This document shows, piece by piece, positions 16,672-27,100 of a stretch of 64,000 bases of DNA (position 1 is its first letter; every line of letters starts with the position of its first letter). Location: contig JANYEC010000026.1 of assembly GCA_025363295.1 (NCBI GenBank), forward strand, positions 5,849 through 69,848. The letters are read 5' to 3'. Below the pieces are notes generated by a model. That model had not been told where the DNA came from, ran no database searches, and saw only the letters and a list, made by a program, of their open reading frames with translations. The translations under genes and the position numbers were made by a program. This stretch comes from Akkermansiaceae bacterium. Its GTDB lineage: Bacteria > Verrucomicrobiota > Verrucomicrobiia > Verrucomicrobiales > Akkermansiaceae.

Positions 16672-18167
16672 TCCTTCGCGACCTAGTTTCCTGTCTTTCA
16701 CGCGTTACGGTCGCCGGATCGTTGGATGCCGATATCCACGCACTCACCGCCTCTTCCCGTGAAGTAACACCCGGCGTGGTTTTCGCCGCGATCCGTGGAA
16801 CTTCGGTTGATGGCCATCGTTTTATAAACGACGCGCTCGCCGCCAGGGCGACCGCGATACTAGCAGAATCCGCGCAACCGGCGGATTATACTGCGCCAGC
16901 AACATGGCTCCATGTGCCGGACAGCCGCTCGGCGCTTTCCACGCTGGCTTCGACGCTCGCAGGTCATCCCTGGCAGGATCTCAAGGTTGCCGGGGTAACG
17001 GGAACGAATGGTAAAACGACCACGGTTTTTCTGCTCCATCATATCATGAAAACCACGTGGCACCGCGCTGGTTTGTTAGGAACGATTCTGGTGGACGATG
17101 GCGAAATGGTGGAAACGGCAAAACACACCACACCCGGTTCCATTGAGCTTTCAGGCTTGCTTAGCCGTATGCGCGACAATGGTTGCCGAGGTGTTGCAAT
17201 GGAGGTGTCTTCCCATGGAATCGACCAGAAGCGCGTCTCGGCGATTGGCTTCGATGCGTGCGTCTTTACTAACTTAACGCAAGATCACCTCGATTACCAC
17301 GGCACGTTAGATAATTATTTTAAAGTGAAGGCGGATTGGTTCTATGCCCTCGCTGCAGATCCTCATGGTAAAAAGCCGGTGGCAGTCATTAACATTGATG
17401 ATGCTTACGGCGCCGAATTGGCAGGATCGCTTGTCAACAAGCTGCCCATCATTCGTTTTGGCTTCGGCGTGCATTGCGATTTTCGGGCTAACAATTTCCG
17501 CCAAAACGCGCGCGGTATGGAATTTGAGCTGACGGCAAAGGGCAAAAGCTATCTTGTCCGCGCTCCGTTGATCGGGCGTTTCAATGTTTACAATCTGCTA
17601 GCTGCCATCTCCGCTGCGAGTGCATGCGGCATCCGCCCACGCGATGCGGTGGCCGCCCTGGTCGATGCTCCGCAAGTACCAGGACGGATGGAGAATATCG
17701 GCAATGCCGGTGGTGCTACCGTTTTTGTGGACTATGCCCATACACCGGATGCTCTTGAAAATGCCTGCCGCACTCTGCGTGAACTTAGCCCGCGCCGTTT
17801 GATTACGGTCTTCGGTTGCGGCGGGGATCGCGATAAAACTAAACGCCCGCTGATGGCTGCGGCTGCCGCCCGTCATAGTGATGCATGTGTGATCACTTCC
17901 GACAATCCACGCTCGGAAGATCCACTGGCAATCATCCGCGAGATCGAGGCTGGAATCGGCAACAAGCAATACCGCTGCATTCCCGACCGAGCTGAGGCAA
18001 TCGCTCTAGCAGTCCAAGGCTCGCTCTCAGGCGATATCATTCTAATCGCCGGCAAAGGCCACGAAGCGACCCAGCAGTTTGCCGAAGAAACCATCGACTT
18101 CGATGATCGTAAACACGCGAGTAAGGCACTGCGAGATCGCGCCCAAGCCATATCAGACATACGATGA
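16668..18167 (+). CDS. murE: UDP-MurNAc-tripeptide synthetase (meso-DAP type)
   Basis: GVTGTNGKTTT, MEVSSHG, NLTQDHLDYH, VDYAHTPD, DNPR motif. Confidence 0.97.
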   Translation: MILRDLVSCLSRVTVAGSLDADIHALTASSREVTPGVVFAAIRGTSVDGHRFINDALAARATAILAESAQPADYTAPATWLHVPDSRSALSTLASTLAGHPWQDLKVAGVTGTNGKTTTVFLLHHIMKTTWHRAGLLGTILVDDGEMVETAKHTTPGSIELSGLLSRMRDNGCRGVAMEVSSHGIDQKRVSAIGFDACVFTNLTQDHLDYHGTLDNYFKVKADWFYALAADPHGKKPVAVINIDDAYGAELAGSLVNKLPIIRFGFGVHCDFRANNFRQNARGMEFELTAKGKSYLVRAPLIGRFNVYNLLAAISAASACGIRPRDAVAALVDAPQVPGRMENIGNAGGATVFVDYAHTPDALENACRTLRELSPRRLITVFGCGGDRDKTKRPLMAAAAARHSDACVITSDNPRSEDPLAIIREIEAGIGNKQYRCIPDRAEAIALAVQGSLSGDIILIAGKGHEATQQFAEETIDFDDRKHASKALRDRAQAISDIR

Positions 18168-19528
18168 AACCACTTTCCGCCCAGCAAATTGCGGCTATCC
18201 TCGGCGTTCCTCTCGTAGCAGGAAATCCCGATGTGCTTGTGTGCGGCGGTGTTTCTACGGATACACGAACTCTCCCTCAGAACTGCGCATTTTTCGCCCT
18301 GCGAGGTGAGAATTTCGATGGGGATGCGTTCGCGTCTCAAGCACTCGCGGGTGGTGCGGCGGTGGTCATCGTTCATCGGTGGTCGGGTGACGTGCCTGCC
18401 AGTGCAGCGGTCATCGAGGTGACTGACACTTTGTTAGCTTTGCAACGGCTTGCCCATTGGTGGCGGAAGCAACTGGATATTCCTGTAGTTGGAATTACTG
18501 GATCTAACGGGAAAACCAGCACAAAGGATTTCACGGCTGCGGTGCTTGGCCAGCGGTTCAAGGTCTCCGCCACACGCGGGAATTTGAACAATCATATCGG
18601 AGTTCCGCTAACGATTCTTGCAACAACGGAAGAGCATACGGCCGCCGTTTGGGAGATGGGAATGAACCATTCGGGCGAAATCGCGCCATTGTGTGAAATC
18701 GCAAAACCGAGATATGGAGTGATTACCAATGTCGGAACCGCGCACATTGAGTTCCTTGGTACGCGCGAGGCGATCGCGAAAGAGAAAGGGATGTTAGTCC
18801 GGGCACTTCCGGCTGATGGGATTTTGTTTCTTCCTGCGATCTGTGATTTTTACGAATATTTCCGCCAACGGACGCGCGCGACGATGATCGCTGTGGGTAA
18901 TGGTCGAGGCCTTGTTCGCGCCGAGGATCTTCGCTTCGAAGCGGAGGGCACGCGATTCACGCTCGTCATCGAGGGCGCGGAGAAAGTGGAGGTTTCATTG
19001 GCGGTGCCCGGACGACACATGGTGACAAATGCTCTGTTAGCGGCGGGCGTGGGTTGGAAACTCGGAGTTTCACCTGCGCAAATCGCGGATGGACTTTCCG
19101 GTGCAACGCTAACAGGGGGAAGACTCAAGCGGTATGATTACGAGGGAACCACCGTCATTGATGATACTTACAACGCGAACCCCGAGTCGGTGGCTGCGGC
19201 CATCGAAACCCTAGCAGATACTCCTGTGAACCATGGCGCGCGCCGGATCATCGTTCTCGGCCGCATGGGTGAGCTTGGAACTCACGCGCCAGCCGCGCAT
19301 CTTCGTACTGGGGAGCTGGCTGCCGAACGTGATCTAACCGTTATTGCGGTGGGTGAGGGTGCTGAAGGCATCGCAGAAGGAGCAAACAACGCTCCTTATT
19401 TTCCGAACCTCGATCAAGCTGCGAAATGGCTGACGCGCGAGGTGAAACCTGGTGACGTGGTGCTTTTCAAGGGCAGTCGCTCCGCCACTGTTGAACTCGT
19501 CATGCACGCCGCATTCCCTCGAAACTAA
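18164..19528 (+). CDS. murF: UDP-MurNAc-pentapeptide synthetase
   Basis: GITGSNGKTSTK, NNHIGVPLT, EMGMNHSGEI, DDTYNANPES. Confidence 0.97.
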   Translation: MKPLSAQQIAAILGVPLVAGNPDVLVCGGVSTDTRTLPQNCAFFALRGENFDGDAFASQALAGGAAVVIVHRWSGDVPASAAVIEVTDTLLALQRLAHWWRKQLDIPVVGITGSNGKTSTKDFTAAVLGQRFKVSATRGNLNNHIGVPLTILATTEEHTAAVWEMGMNHSGEIAPLCEIAKPRYGVITNVGTAHIEFLGTREAIAKEKGMLVRALPADGILFLPAICDFYEYFRQRTRATMIAVGNGRGLVRAEDLRFEAEGTRFTLVIEGAEKVEVSLAVPGRHMVTNALLAAGVGWKLGVSPAQIADGLSGATLTGGRLKRYDYEGTTVIDDTYNANPESVAAAIETLADTPVNHGARRIIVLGRMGELGTHAPAAHLRTGELAAERDLTVIAVGEGAEGIAEGANNAPYFPNLDQAAKWLTREVKPGDVVLFKGSRSATVELVMHAAFPRN

Positions 19529-20742
19529 TGCTCCCCGCAATCTATGATTTTTGGTATACTGCCTTTCAAGCAGAACAGCTTGCAGGGCATTCCGGCTGGG
19601 CGCATACTTGGTCGTTTTTAAACCTTTTTCAATATGTCACTTTTCGTGCGGCAAGTGCGGGATTGTTAGCTTTTATTGTTTCGGTGATGGTCGGACCCCG
19701 CGTGATCCGCAAGCTCATCTCGCTTAAGGTGGGTCAGCCGATTCGCACAGCGGAAGAGGTTCATAAGCTGGCAGAATTGCATGGAGGGAAAATCGGAACG
19801 CCGACGATGGGTGGAGCCTTAATCATTGGTGCTGTGATCGTGTCCACATTGATTTGCGCTCGCCCGCTCAATCCCTTCATCGCTGTTTGTGCCTGCACCA
19901 TGGCTGCATGTGGATTGTTAGGATTCTGTGATGACTATAAAAAGGTAAAGGAGAAAAAATCCGATGGCATTAGCAGTCGAAAAAAGATGGGATGGCAGAT
20001 CTTTATTGCCTTGGTGGCCGCGAGTTTTATATATTTTAAAACTGAGATTTCTGGGTTTGGTGCATCTGCGAAGCAAGTTGCGGACGGTCTTGCGGGATAT
20101 CGACTCGGAGACAAATCCATTGATATCGGAGCGATCTGTTTTCCGCTTTTCAAATTTCCTCTCGTGAATCTTCATTTGTTGATCATTCCATTTTTCGCAC
20201 TTGTGATTGTGGGATGCTCGAATGCGGTGAATTTAACGGATGGATTAGATGGTCTAGCAACTGGCACCACAATCAGCGTGGCATTGTCCTACGCTTTTCT
20301 CGCTTATCTTGCCGGGCATTTTTACATGGCCACGGAGTATCTTGTCATTCCTCACAACCGCTACATCGGAGAGCTAGCAGTTTTTCTAATGGCATTGGTG
20401 GGCGCGGGATTCGGATTCCTCTGGTTCAACTGCCATCCTGCGAAAGTATTCATGGGAGATACGGGCTCTCTAGCAATCGGCGGTGCGCTCGGCACTGCGG
20501 CCATTTGCACGAAGCAGGAACTGCTGCTCATCATCATCGGCGGGGTGTTTGTGATGGAGGCGATGTCTGTTATATTGCAGGTCGGTAGCTTCAAATTGCG
20601 GAAAAAGCGGATTTTTAAAATGTCGCCGATCCATCATCATTTCGAGCTTCTTGGTTGGCATGAAAACCAAGTAATCATCCGTTTCTGGATCATTTCAATC
20701 ATGCTCGCCCTTTTTGGTCTAGCGCTTCTTAAGATTGCCTAA
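19528..20742 (+). CDS. mraY: phospho-MurNAc-pentapeptide transferase
   Basis: KIGTPTMGG, DDYKK, NAVNLTDGLDGL, VFMGDTGSL, MSPIHHHFE. Confidence 0.98.
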   Translation: MLPAIYDFWYTAFQAEQLAGHSGWAHTWSFLNLFQYVTFRAASAGLLAFIVSVMVGPRVIRKLISLKVGQPIRTAEEVHKLAELHGGKIGTPTMGGALIIGAVIVSTLICARPLNPFIAVCACTMAACGLLGFCDDYKKVKEKKSDGISSRKKMGWQIFIALVAASFIYFKTEISGFGASAKQVADGLAGYRLGDKSIDIGAICFPLFKFPLVNLHLLIIPFFALVIVGCSNAVNLTDGLDGLATGTTISVALSYAFLAYLAGHFYMATEYLVIPHNRYIGELAVFLMALVGAGFGFLWFNCHPAKVFMGDTGSLAIGGALGTAAICTKQELLLIIIGGVFVMEAMSVILQVGSFKLRKKRIFKMSPIHHHFELLGWHENQVIIRFWIISIMLALFGLALLKIA

Positions 20743-22057
20743 CTCGATGACTCTTACAGGAAAACATATCGCCATTCTTGGAGCGGGCCGCAGCGGTCGC
20801 GCAGCGGCGATGCTGGCCCTGCGAGAGGGGGCGAGGGTTTCCATCTGGGATACCGCCGGGACCGATGCCTTTTTGGGAATGCCCGAGGGTGTGGTGATTC
20901 ATCCGGATGCGACGGCAGAGCAGGGAGCCAAGATTTTGTCGGACATTCTCGTTGTTAGTCCTGGGATTGATACTTACGGCCCTTACGTCGCGGCATTCGC
21001 TGAGAAGACCGGCGAAGTCATCGGCGAAGTTGAGCTGGCAGCGCGATTCTATCAGGGAAAGATCGTGGGTATTACCGGAACGAACGGTAAGACGACGACG
21101 ACGGAATTGGTCGAGCGTATCTTGTCGCACGCCTTGTTAGGTGGCACTGCATGTGGTAACTATGGTGTCCCTTTTGCTGAGGTAGTTTTGCAGAATAATC
21201 CACCCGCGGTTGTCTCGTTAGAGCTGAGTTCATTTCAATTGGAAACCATCCGCACCTTACATCCGGTGGTGACGGTCTGGTTGAATTTCGCACCGGATCA
21301 TATGGACCGCTATCCTACGGTGGAAGCCTATCGGGCGGCCAAGCTCAAAATCTTCGAAAATCAAACTGCGGAAGATACTGCGGTAGTTCGCACCGGTGAG
21401 CAACTTCCCGCGCTTACAGCGCAGGTGGTCACGTTTTCAACCACCGATGACACCGCTAACTGGTTTTCCGAAGGGAAGGTGATTATTCACAACGGTGAAA
21501 TCTGGCTCGACCTGGATCAGGACACTAGTTTGCGGGGACTTCACAATGCCGAGAACACAATGGCGGCGATGGCGGCCTGCGAGGCGCTTGGAGTTTCCTC
21601 CACTGCCATGCGCGAGGCATTGCACGGATATGCGCCGCCACCGCATCGGTGTGAGCTGATACGGACATTGGATGGAGTCGAATATCTGAATGATTCCAAA
21701 GCCACTAACCTCCACGCGTTAGAAAGTGCGCTGCGCTCGCAAACCCGCCCAGTGGTTTTGATAGCAGGAGGGAAGGAAAAAGGTCTCGATTACTCGTCGG
21801 TAGTTCCCCTATTACGTGAGAAGGCACTTGCGGCGGTTACCTTTGGCCAGATCGCCCGACCATTGGCAGATCTTTTTTCATCTGCCGTGTCGTGTGAATC
21901 CGTGTCTTCACTCAGTGATGCCGTCGCTGTCGCCCGCAGTCTCGCGCCGCGCGGATCCACGATTCTTTTATCTCCGGGAACCTCGTCGTTCGATCAGTTC
22001 ACCGGTTACGAGCAGCGCGGAAATACGTTCCGTGATCTCGTTCACCAACTTCGCTAA
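20735..22057 (+). CDS. murD: UDP-MurNAc-L-Ala-D-Glu ligase
   Basis: LGAGRSG, GITGTNGKTTT, LELSSFQLE, NDSKATN, LLSPGTSSFDQF. Confidence 0.97.
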   Translation: MPNSMTLTGKHIAILGAGRSGRAAAMLALREGARVSIWDTAGTDAFLGMPEGVVIHPDATAEQGAKILSDILVVSPGIDTYGPYVAAFAEKTGEVIGEVELAARFYQGKIVGITGTNGKTTTTELVERILSHALLGGTACGNYGVPFAEVVLQNNPPAVVSLELSSFQLETIRTLHPVVTVWLNFAPDHMDRYPTVEAYRAAKLKIFENQTAEDTAVVRTGEQLPALTAQVVTFSTTDDTANWFSEGKVIIHNGEIWLDLDQDTSLRGLHNAENTMAAMAACEALGVSSTAMREALHGYAPPPHRCELIRTLDGVEYLNDSKATNLHALESALRSQTRPVVLIAGGKEKGLDYSSVVPLLREKALAAVTFGQIARPLADLFSSAVSCESVSSLSDAVAVARSLAPRGSTILLSPGTSSFDQFTGYEQRGNTFRDLVHQLR

Positions 22058-22062
22058 CCATT

Positions 22063-22923
22063 ATGAAATCTAACACCCTGCCAGTCAAACGCCGCCCCGC
22101 TCCAAAAGGGATCTTCAAACGCCTGAGTGCTGTCACCCGGAAACAACGTGTCGCTGCCACGGCGACCGCTGATATGGAAGTTGAGGACAGTGGCTCGAAA
22201 ATATCACGTGCCCTGACGATCATCTTTTTATTCCACATCGTTGCGATCGGCTTGATTTTCGTTCATAAGCAATTCCTTGATGGTCGCCCGAGTGAACTCA
22301 CTGGAGTGAAAGCACCTGAAAAAGCCAAATCGCTTACTGTGGTGGCTCCATCAGTCGCCCGTGCCGATCTCCCGCGTTTGGCTTCGGGTGAAAAACCATA
22401 TATTGTTAGGGCTGGAGATAATTATTCACGTATCGCCGAGGCGGAGGGTGTGGACGAGGGGGATCTCCGTTTGGTCAACAAGCATGTTGATATCGGGCCG
22501 GGATTGATTCTCAGAGTGCCACCTAAACGGATTGTGGCCGTGGAGTCTCCTGAAGTTACCGCGATCCGGAATAACACTCCTGTCGTCCGTGACCAGGGAC
22601 TGGTAGAGGTAGATGTGAAAGACGCTCCGCGCGCACAACTGGTTCGTCCTAACATCCATCCGATTGTGCTCGTCCCAAAAGGTTCCACTCCATCCCATGC
22701 TGAGGCTCCGAAAGTTTCACTTGCGACCCATTCCCCAACATCTATCAGCAACAACTCTGTGCCTGTTAGCGCTTCTGGAAAAACCTACCTAGTTCAGCAA
22801 GGTGATAGCGTTTGGAGGATCGCCAATCGTTTCAAAGTGGGTCAGGACCAGTTGATGCGTGCTAACGGAATTAGCGATGCCCGCAAGATCAAACCTGGCA
22901 TGAGTTTGTCGATTCCAAAGTAA
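22063..22923 (+). CDS. membrane-anchored LysM peptidoglycan-binding protein (two LysM domains)
   Basis: TM IIFLFHIVAIGLIFV; YIVRAGDNYSRIA...GLILRVP and YLVQQGDSVWRIANRFKV...PGMSLSIP. Confidence 0.88.
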   Translation: MKSNTLPVKRRPAPKGIFKRLSAVTRKQRVAATATADMEVEDSGSKISRALTIIFLFHIVAIGLIFVHKQFLDGRPSELTGVKAPEKAKSLTVVAPSVARADLPRLASGEKPYIVRAGDNYSRIAEAEGVDEGDLRLVNKHVDIGPGLILRVPPKRIVAVESPEVTAIRNNTPVVRDQGLVEVDVKDAPRAQLVRPNIHPIVLVPKGSTPSHAEAPKVSLATHSPTSISNNSVPVSASGKTYLVQQGDSVWRIANRFKVGQDQLMRANGISDARKIKPGMSLSIPK

Positions 22924-22936
22924 ACTCTCATTAGCT

Positions 22937-24085
22937 ATGACGCGTCATTGCTCCACCATTCTCTGTGCTGCCGTTGCCTTTTTGGTCGCTGTCGGGCTAA
23001 CTATGATCGCGAGCACTAGTGCTTGGGTGAAAGGCGTCGAGGATCCCTATCATTTCATCACCCGGCAGGCTGCAATGGTGGTGGTGGGTTTGATAGGGGC
23101 GGTGATCGTCGCGCGGTTTCCTTTGGAAAAACTACGAAAATTGGCACCATTATTGTTTCTGGGGACCTGTGGGTTGTTAGTTCTTTGTTATATCCCGGGC
23201 ATTGGCGTTGCCAGTTTGGGGTCGCGCAGGTGGATCCAAGCGCCTGGGATTGGTCAGTTCCAGCCCTCGGAGCTTTCCAGAATGATCATTGTAATCTGCC
23301 TAGCTGCGTGGTTCGCCCGGTGGCAGACGGAGGTCCTCACTTTTTGGCGAGGTTTCGTCATACCGGGTATCATTGCCGGCATTCCTATTTTGTTGATCGC
23401 GGGTGAGACGGATGTCGGCTCCGCGCTTTCTATATCAGTTTCGGTCGGTGCGATGCTATTCTGTGTGGGAACCCGGTTGCTGTATATGGGGCCTACGGTG
23501 CTCTCGGTCGCTGGGGCGGCGGGATACTATCTACGCCACAATGAGAACCGTTGGGCCCGGATTCAGGCTTGGCTGGATTTGGATAATCCGGTCAACCAGT
23601 TAGATCGAGGGATGCAACAATGGCGTGCGCTACTCGCGCTAGGCAATGGCGGGCCATGGGGCGTTGGCTTGGGCAATGGGGTTGAAAAATTTGGGACGCT
23701 CACTTTTGCTCATATCGACTTTATTTTTCCGGTGATTGGTGAAGAGCTCGGGCTGCCATTCACGTTGGGGGTGGTTCTATGCTACGTGTTGATCGCTGTT
23801 TGCGGCTGTGGCATCGCTCTTCAAGCGAACAATGTTTTCAACCGCTGCGTTGCTCTTGGGCTGACTTGCGTGATAGTAGTGCCAGCGGTCCAGAATATCG
23901 CCGTGACGACGGCGCTTCTTCCTAACGACGGACTTCCTCTCCCATTTGTGAGTTTCGGCGGTACCAGCATGGTGTTTAGTCTTGTAGCCGTTGGGATGTT
24001 AGTCGGCATCCACCGCCGTTCACATGCGGTGGTTTCCCAAGAGTTTCCGCTTGCGCGCCAGACACGGCTCGCGGTTCGGCTGTAG
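22937..24085 (+). CDS. ftsW: SEDS family peptidoglycan glycosyltransferase FtsW
   Basis: RRWI...QFQPSE, HIDFIFPVIGEELG, GLPLPFVSFGGTS. Confidence 0.93.
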   Translation: MTRHCSTILCAAVAFLVAVGLTMIASTSAWVKGVEDPYHFITRQAAMVVVGLIGAVIVARFPLEKLRKLAPLLFLGTCGLLVLCYIPGIGVASLGSRRWIQAPGIGQFQPSELSRMIIVICLAAWFARWQTEVLTFWRGFVIPGIIAGIPILLIAGETDVGSALSISVSVGAMLFCVGTRLLYMGPTVLSVAGAAGYYLRHNENRWARIQAWLDLDNPVNQLDRGMQQWRALLALGNGGPWGVGLGNGVEKFGTLTFAHIDFIFPVIGEELGLPFTLGVVLCYVLIAVCGCGIALQANNVFNRCVALGLTCVIVVPAVQNIAVTTALLPNDGLPLPFVSFGGTSMVFSLVAVGMLVGIHRRSHAVVSQEFPLARQTRLAVRL

Positions 24086-24159
24086 GCAAACTACATGAGA
24101 AATTGATGTGGTGGAGTCGATCGGAATGAATTTAGGTATTGCCCCGAACTTCTATTAGA

Positions 24160-27100
24160 CTAACCAATAACTCGTTTCAGTGCCTCTCCGGTGCATGGAG
24201 AGGGGAGCAGGAAATCTCCAGCCGATTCAAACGCTCGGACAGCATCTCGAAGCGCTTCTCGAACTGAGATGGCTAGCATCAGTGGTGGCTCTCCAACCGC
24301 TTTGCTGCCGTGAATGGTGTCGGGCTGCGTGGCGTCGTTCAGAAGTGAAACTCGGAAGTCCTGCGGCGCATCGCTGAAGGCCGGGATGGCGTAGGTGCTG
24401 GCGCTGTGGGTGAGTAGTCTGCCCGCGGGATTCCATTTTAATTCCTCCGACGTGAGCCAGCCCATGCCCTGCACGAAACCCCCTTCGATCTGCCCGCGGT
24501 CGATCGCTGGGTTAAGGGAATCTCCGACATCATGAAGTATATCGACTCTTCTCACGTGATTCATGCCCGTGAATCCATCAATCTCAACTTCGCTCACTGC
24601 AGCACCGAACGCGAAGTAATGGAAAGGTCTACCCTTACCAACCGACCAATCCCATTCGAGATCGGGCGTGGCGTAGAAACCCGCAGCGGAAAGTTGGATC
24701 CGACGGGTATAAGCGGTATTTGTGAGTGATTTAAAAGGAACCGACTGTCCGGAACCGCCATGCACCTGTGAGTCGGCAAAGCGGACCTCAGACTCAGGGC
24801 AGTGGAGCAATTCAGCTGCTAGGGGAATCAGTCGCTCGCGGAGTTGTCGGCAGGCATCAGCCACGGCCATGCCATTCAGATCCGAACCGGAACTGGCAGC
24901 GGTCGCGGAAGTGTTAGGCACTTTGTCGGTGCGGGTATGCATCAGCCGAATGCCTGCCGCGGGTAGCCCGAGCTCGCGCATGGTAATGCCGAGAATCTTT
25001 GTGTGAAGTCCTTGCCCCATTTCGGTTCCACCGTGGTTCACTTGGACTGAGCCATCGGCATAGATGAGCACGAGCGCACCCGCTTGGTTGTAATGTTTAA
25101 GTGTGAAACTAATGCCGAATTTTACTGGGGTGATGGCGAGCCCGCGCTTGCGGTTCGGGTGACTCATGTTCCAGGAATCAATCGCTCCGCGGCGGGTGGC
25201 GAATTCCGAGGATTCTAGTAATTCCTCCCAGATCCTGGCGAGCCGATTGCCCGCGATTTCCTCGCCATAATGCGTTGTGTTTGTATCGCCGCTACCCTGA
25301 TAGAAATTGAGATGGCGGACCTCTTCAGGCGGCAAGTCGAGTTGGATCGCGATCCGAGCCAAAATTTCCTCGATCACCAGCATTCCTTGTGGCCCGCCAA
25401 ATCCACGAAATGCAGTGTGGGACGTGACGTTAGTTTTCGTCACTTGGCCACGGAAGCGAACATGTGGGATGTGATAGGCGTTATCGAGATGGAAAAGCGC
25501 GCGATCCGTGACAGGAAGTGATAGATCTAACGACCACCCACCATCGGAATAAAGCTGAATGTCTGCTGCGTGGAGTCTGCCATTCGGGTGATAGCCGACC
25601 TTGTATTTTGCAAGGAACGGATGGCGTTTGCCGGTGGACTCGATGTCGTGATCCCGGTCTAACTGAACACCGACAGTGCGCCCAGTTTTGAGCGCGGCGA
25701 GCGCACAAATCGCGGCCCACGCATTTCCCTGGGTTTCCTTTCCTCCAAAGCCGCCGCCCATGCGTGGAGCCTCGACGACCACGCGGTGTTTGTGGAGTCC
25801 GAGGATTTCCGCGACGATGGTCTGCACTTCCGACGGGTGCTGGGTGGAGCTGGAAACATGCACGCCGCCTTCACCATCGGGCTCGGCCCAAGCGGCTTGG
25901 GTTTCAAGATAGAAATGATCCTGCCCGCCGATGTGGAATTCTCCTTCGATGAAATGGGTGCATTCGGTTAGTCCCGTTTCGATCTCGCCTCGTGTTAAAA
26001 AGTGAGACTCTGTGTGGAAGGAGTTTTGTGCGATGGCTTGATCGATGCTCAAGATCGGGGCGAGAGAAGCGTATTCGATTTCAATCAATCCAGCTGCGAT
26101 GCGGCAAGCTTCGAGGGAGTCGCCGACGACAGCGGCAATAAGCTGACCGTGGAATAGGATTTCTTCGTTAGCAAAAAGCGGTTCGTCATGGCAAGCGGGT
26201 CCGGTGTTGTTGATTCCGGGAATGTCAGATGCGGTTAGAATCGTGTGGACGCCGATGACAGGGAGAGCCTTTGAAATATCGATGCTTCGCAAAGTCGCTC
26301 GAGCATGAGTCGATCGAACTGGCCAAACGGTGAGTGCACTGCGCCGGAGGGCGGTGTCATGGACGTAAAGCGCGCGCCCGGTGACGTGGCCAATTGCGCT
26401 TTCATGTGGCATTTCATTTGCCGAATGGTTAGGGAAATGGGAGTCGCCGAAGTCTGGGATGACGTGCGGCGTGTCCCTGGCGATGAATTTTCTGAACAAA
26501 TCTCGAATCAGAGAACGACGATATTCCGCCGTTCCCCGGAGATCTGTTAGTGGGTCAAATTCAGACTCTAGCAGCGATAGAATTTCATCGGTGGTTGCCA
26601 GCGACCTACCAATCAGCGCAGCCTCGGTCTTGATGGCACGCGCAGGAGTGGCTGCGACTCCGCCATAAGCCAAGCGGGCCTCAGTGATCATTCCCGCAGG
26701 ATCGGTGACGATTCGGAATGCAGCAGAAACTGTCGAGATATCCATTTCCCGGCGTTTCGAGACTTTGAAAAATTCACAGCGACCGGGCAGATCAATGGGT
26801 AGCATTATGGCTGTCATAATCTCGTCATCACGCAGAACTGTCTGGCGATAGCCTGTGAAAAAATCAGATAGTGACACGGTCCGCTCACCCGTAAGCGAGG
26901 TAAGTACGACCGAAGCATCAAGCGCGAGAAGCACCGGTGGGGTATCGCCGATGGGTGATGCGGTGACGAGGTTCCCGCCCATGGTGGCGCGATGACGGAT
27001 CTGGCGTGAGGCGAAGTGCCGCAGCATTTGATCGAGCGCAGGGTAAGTGCCCGCGAGTCTGTCCTCAACTTCGGTTAGCGGAGCTGCCGCGCCAATATGC

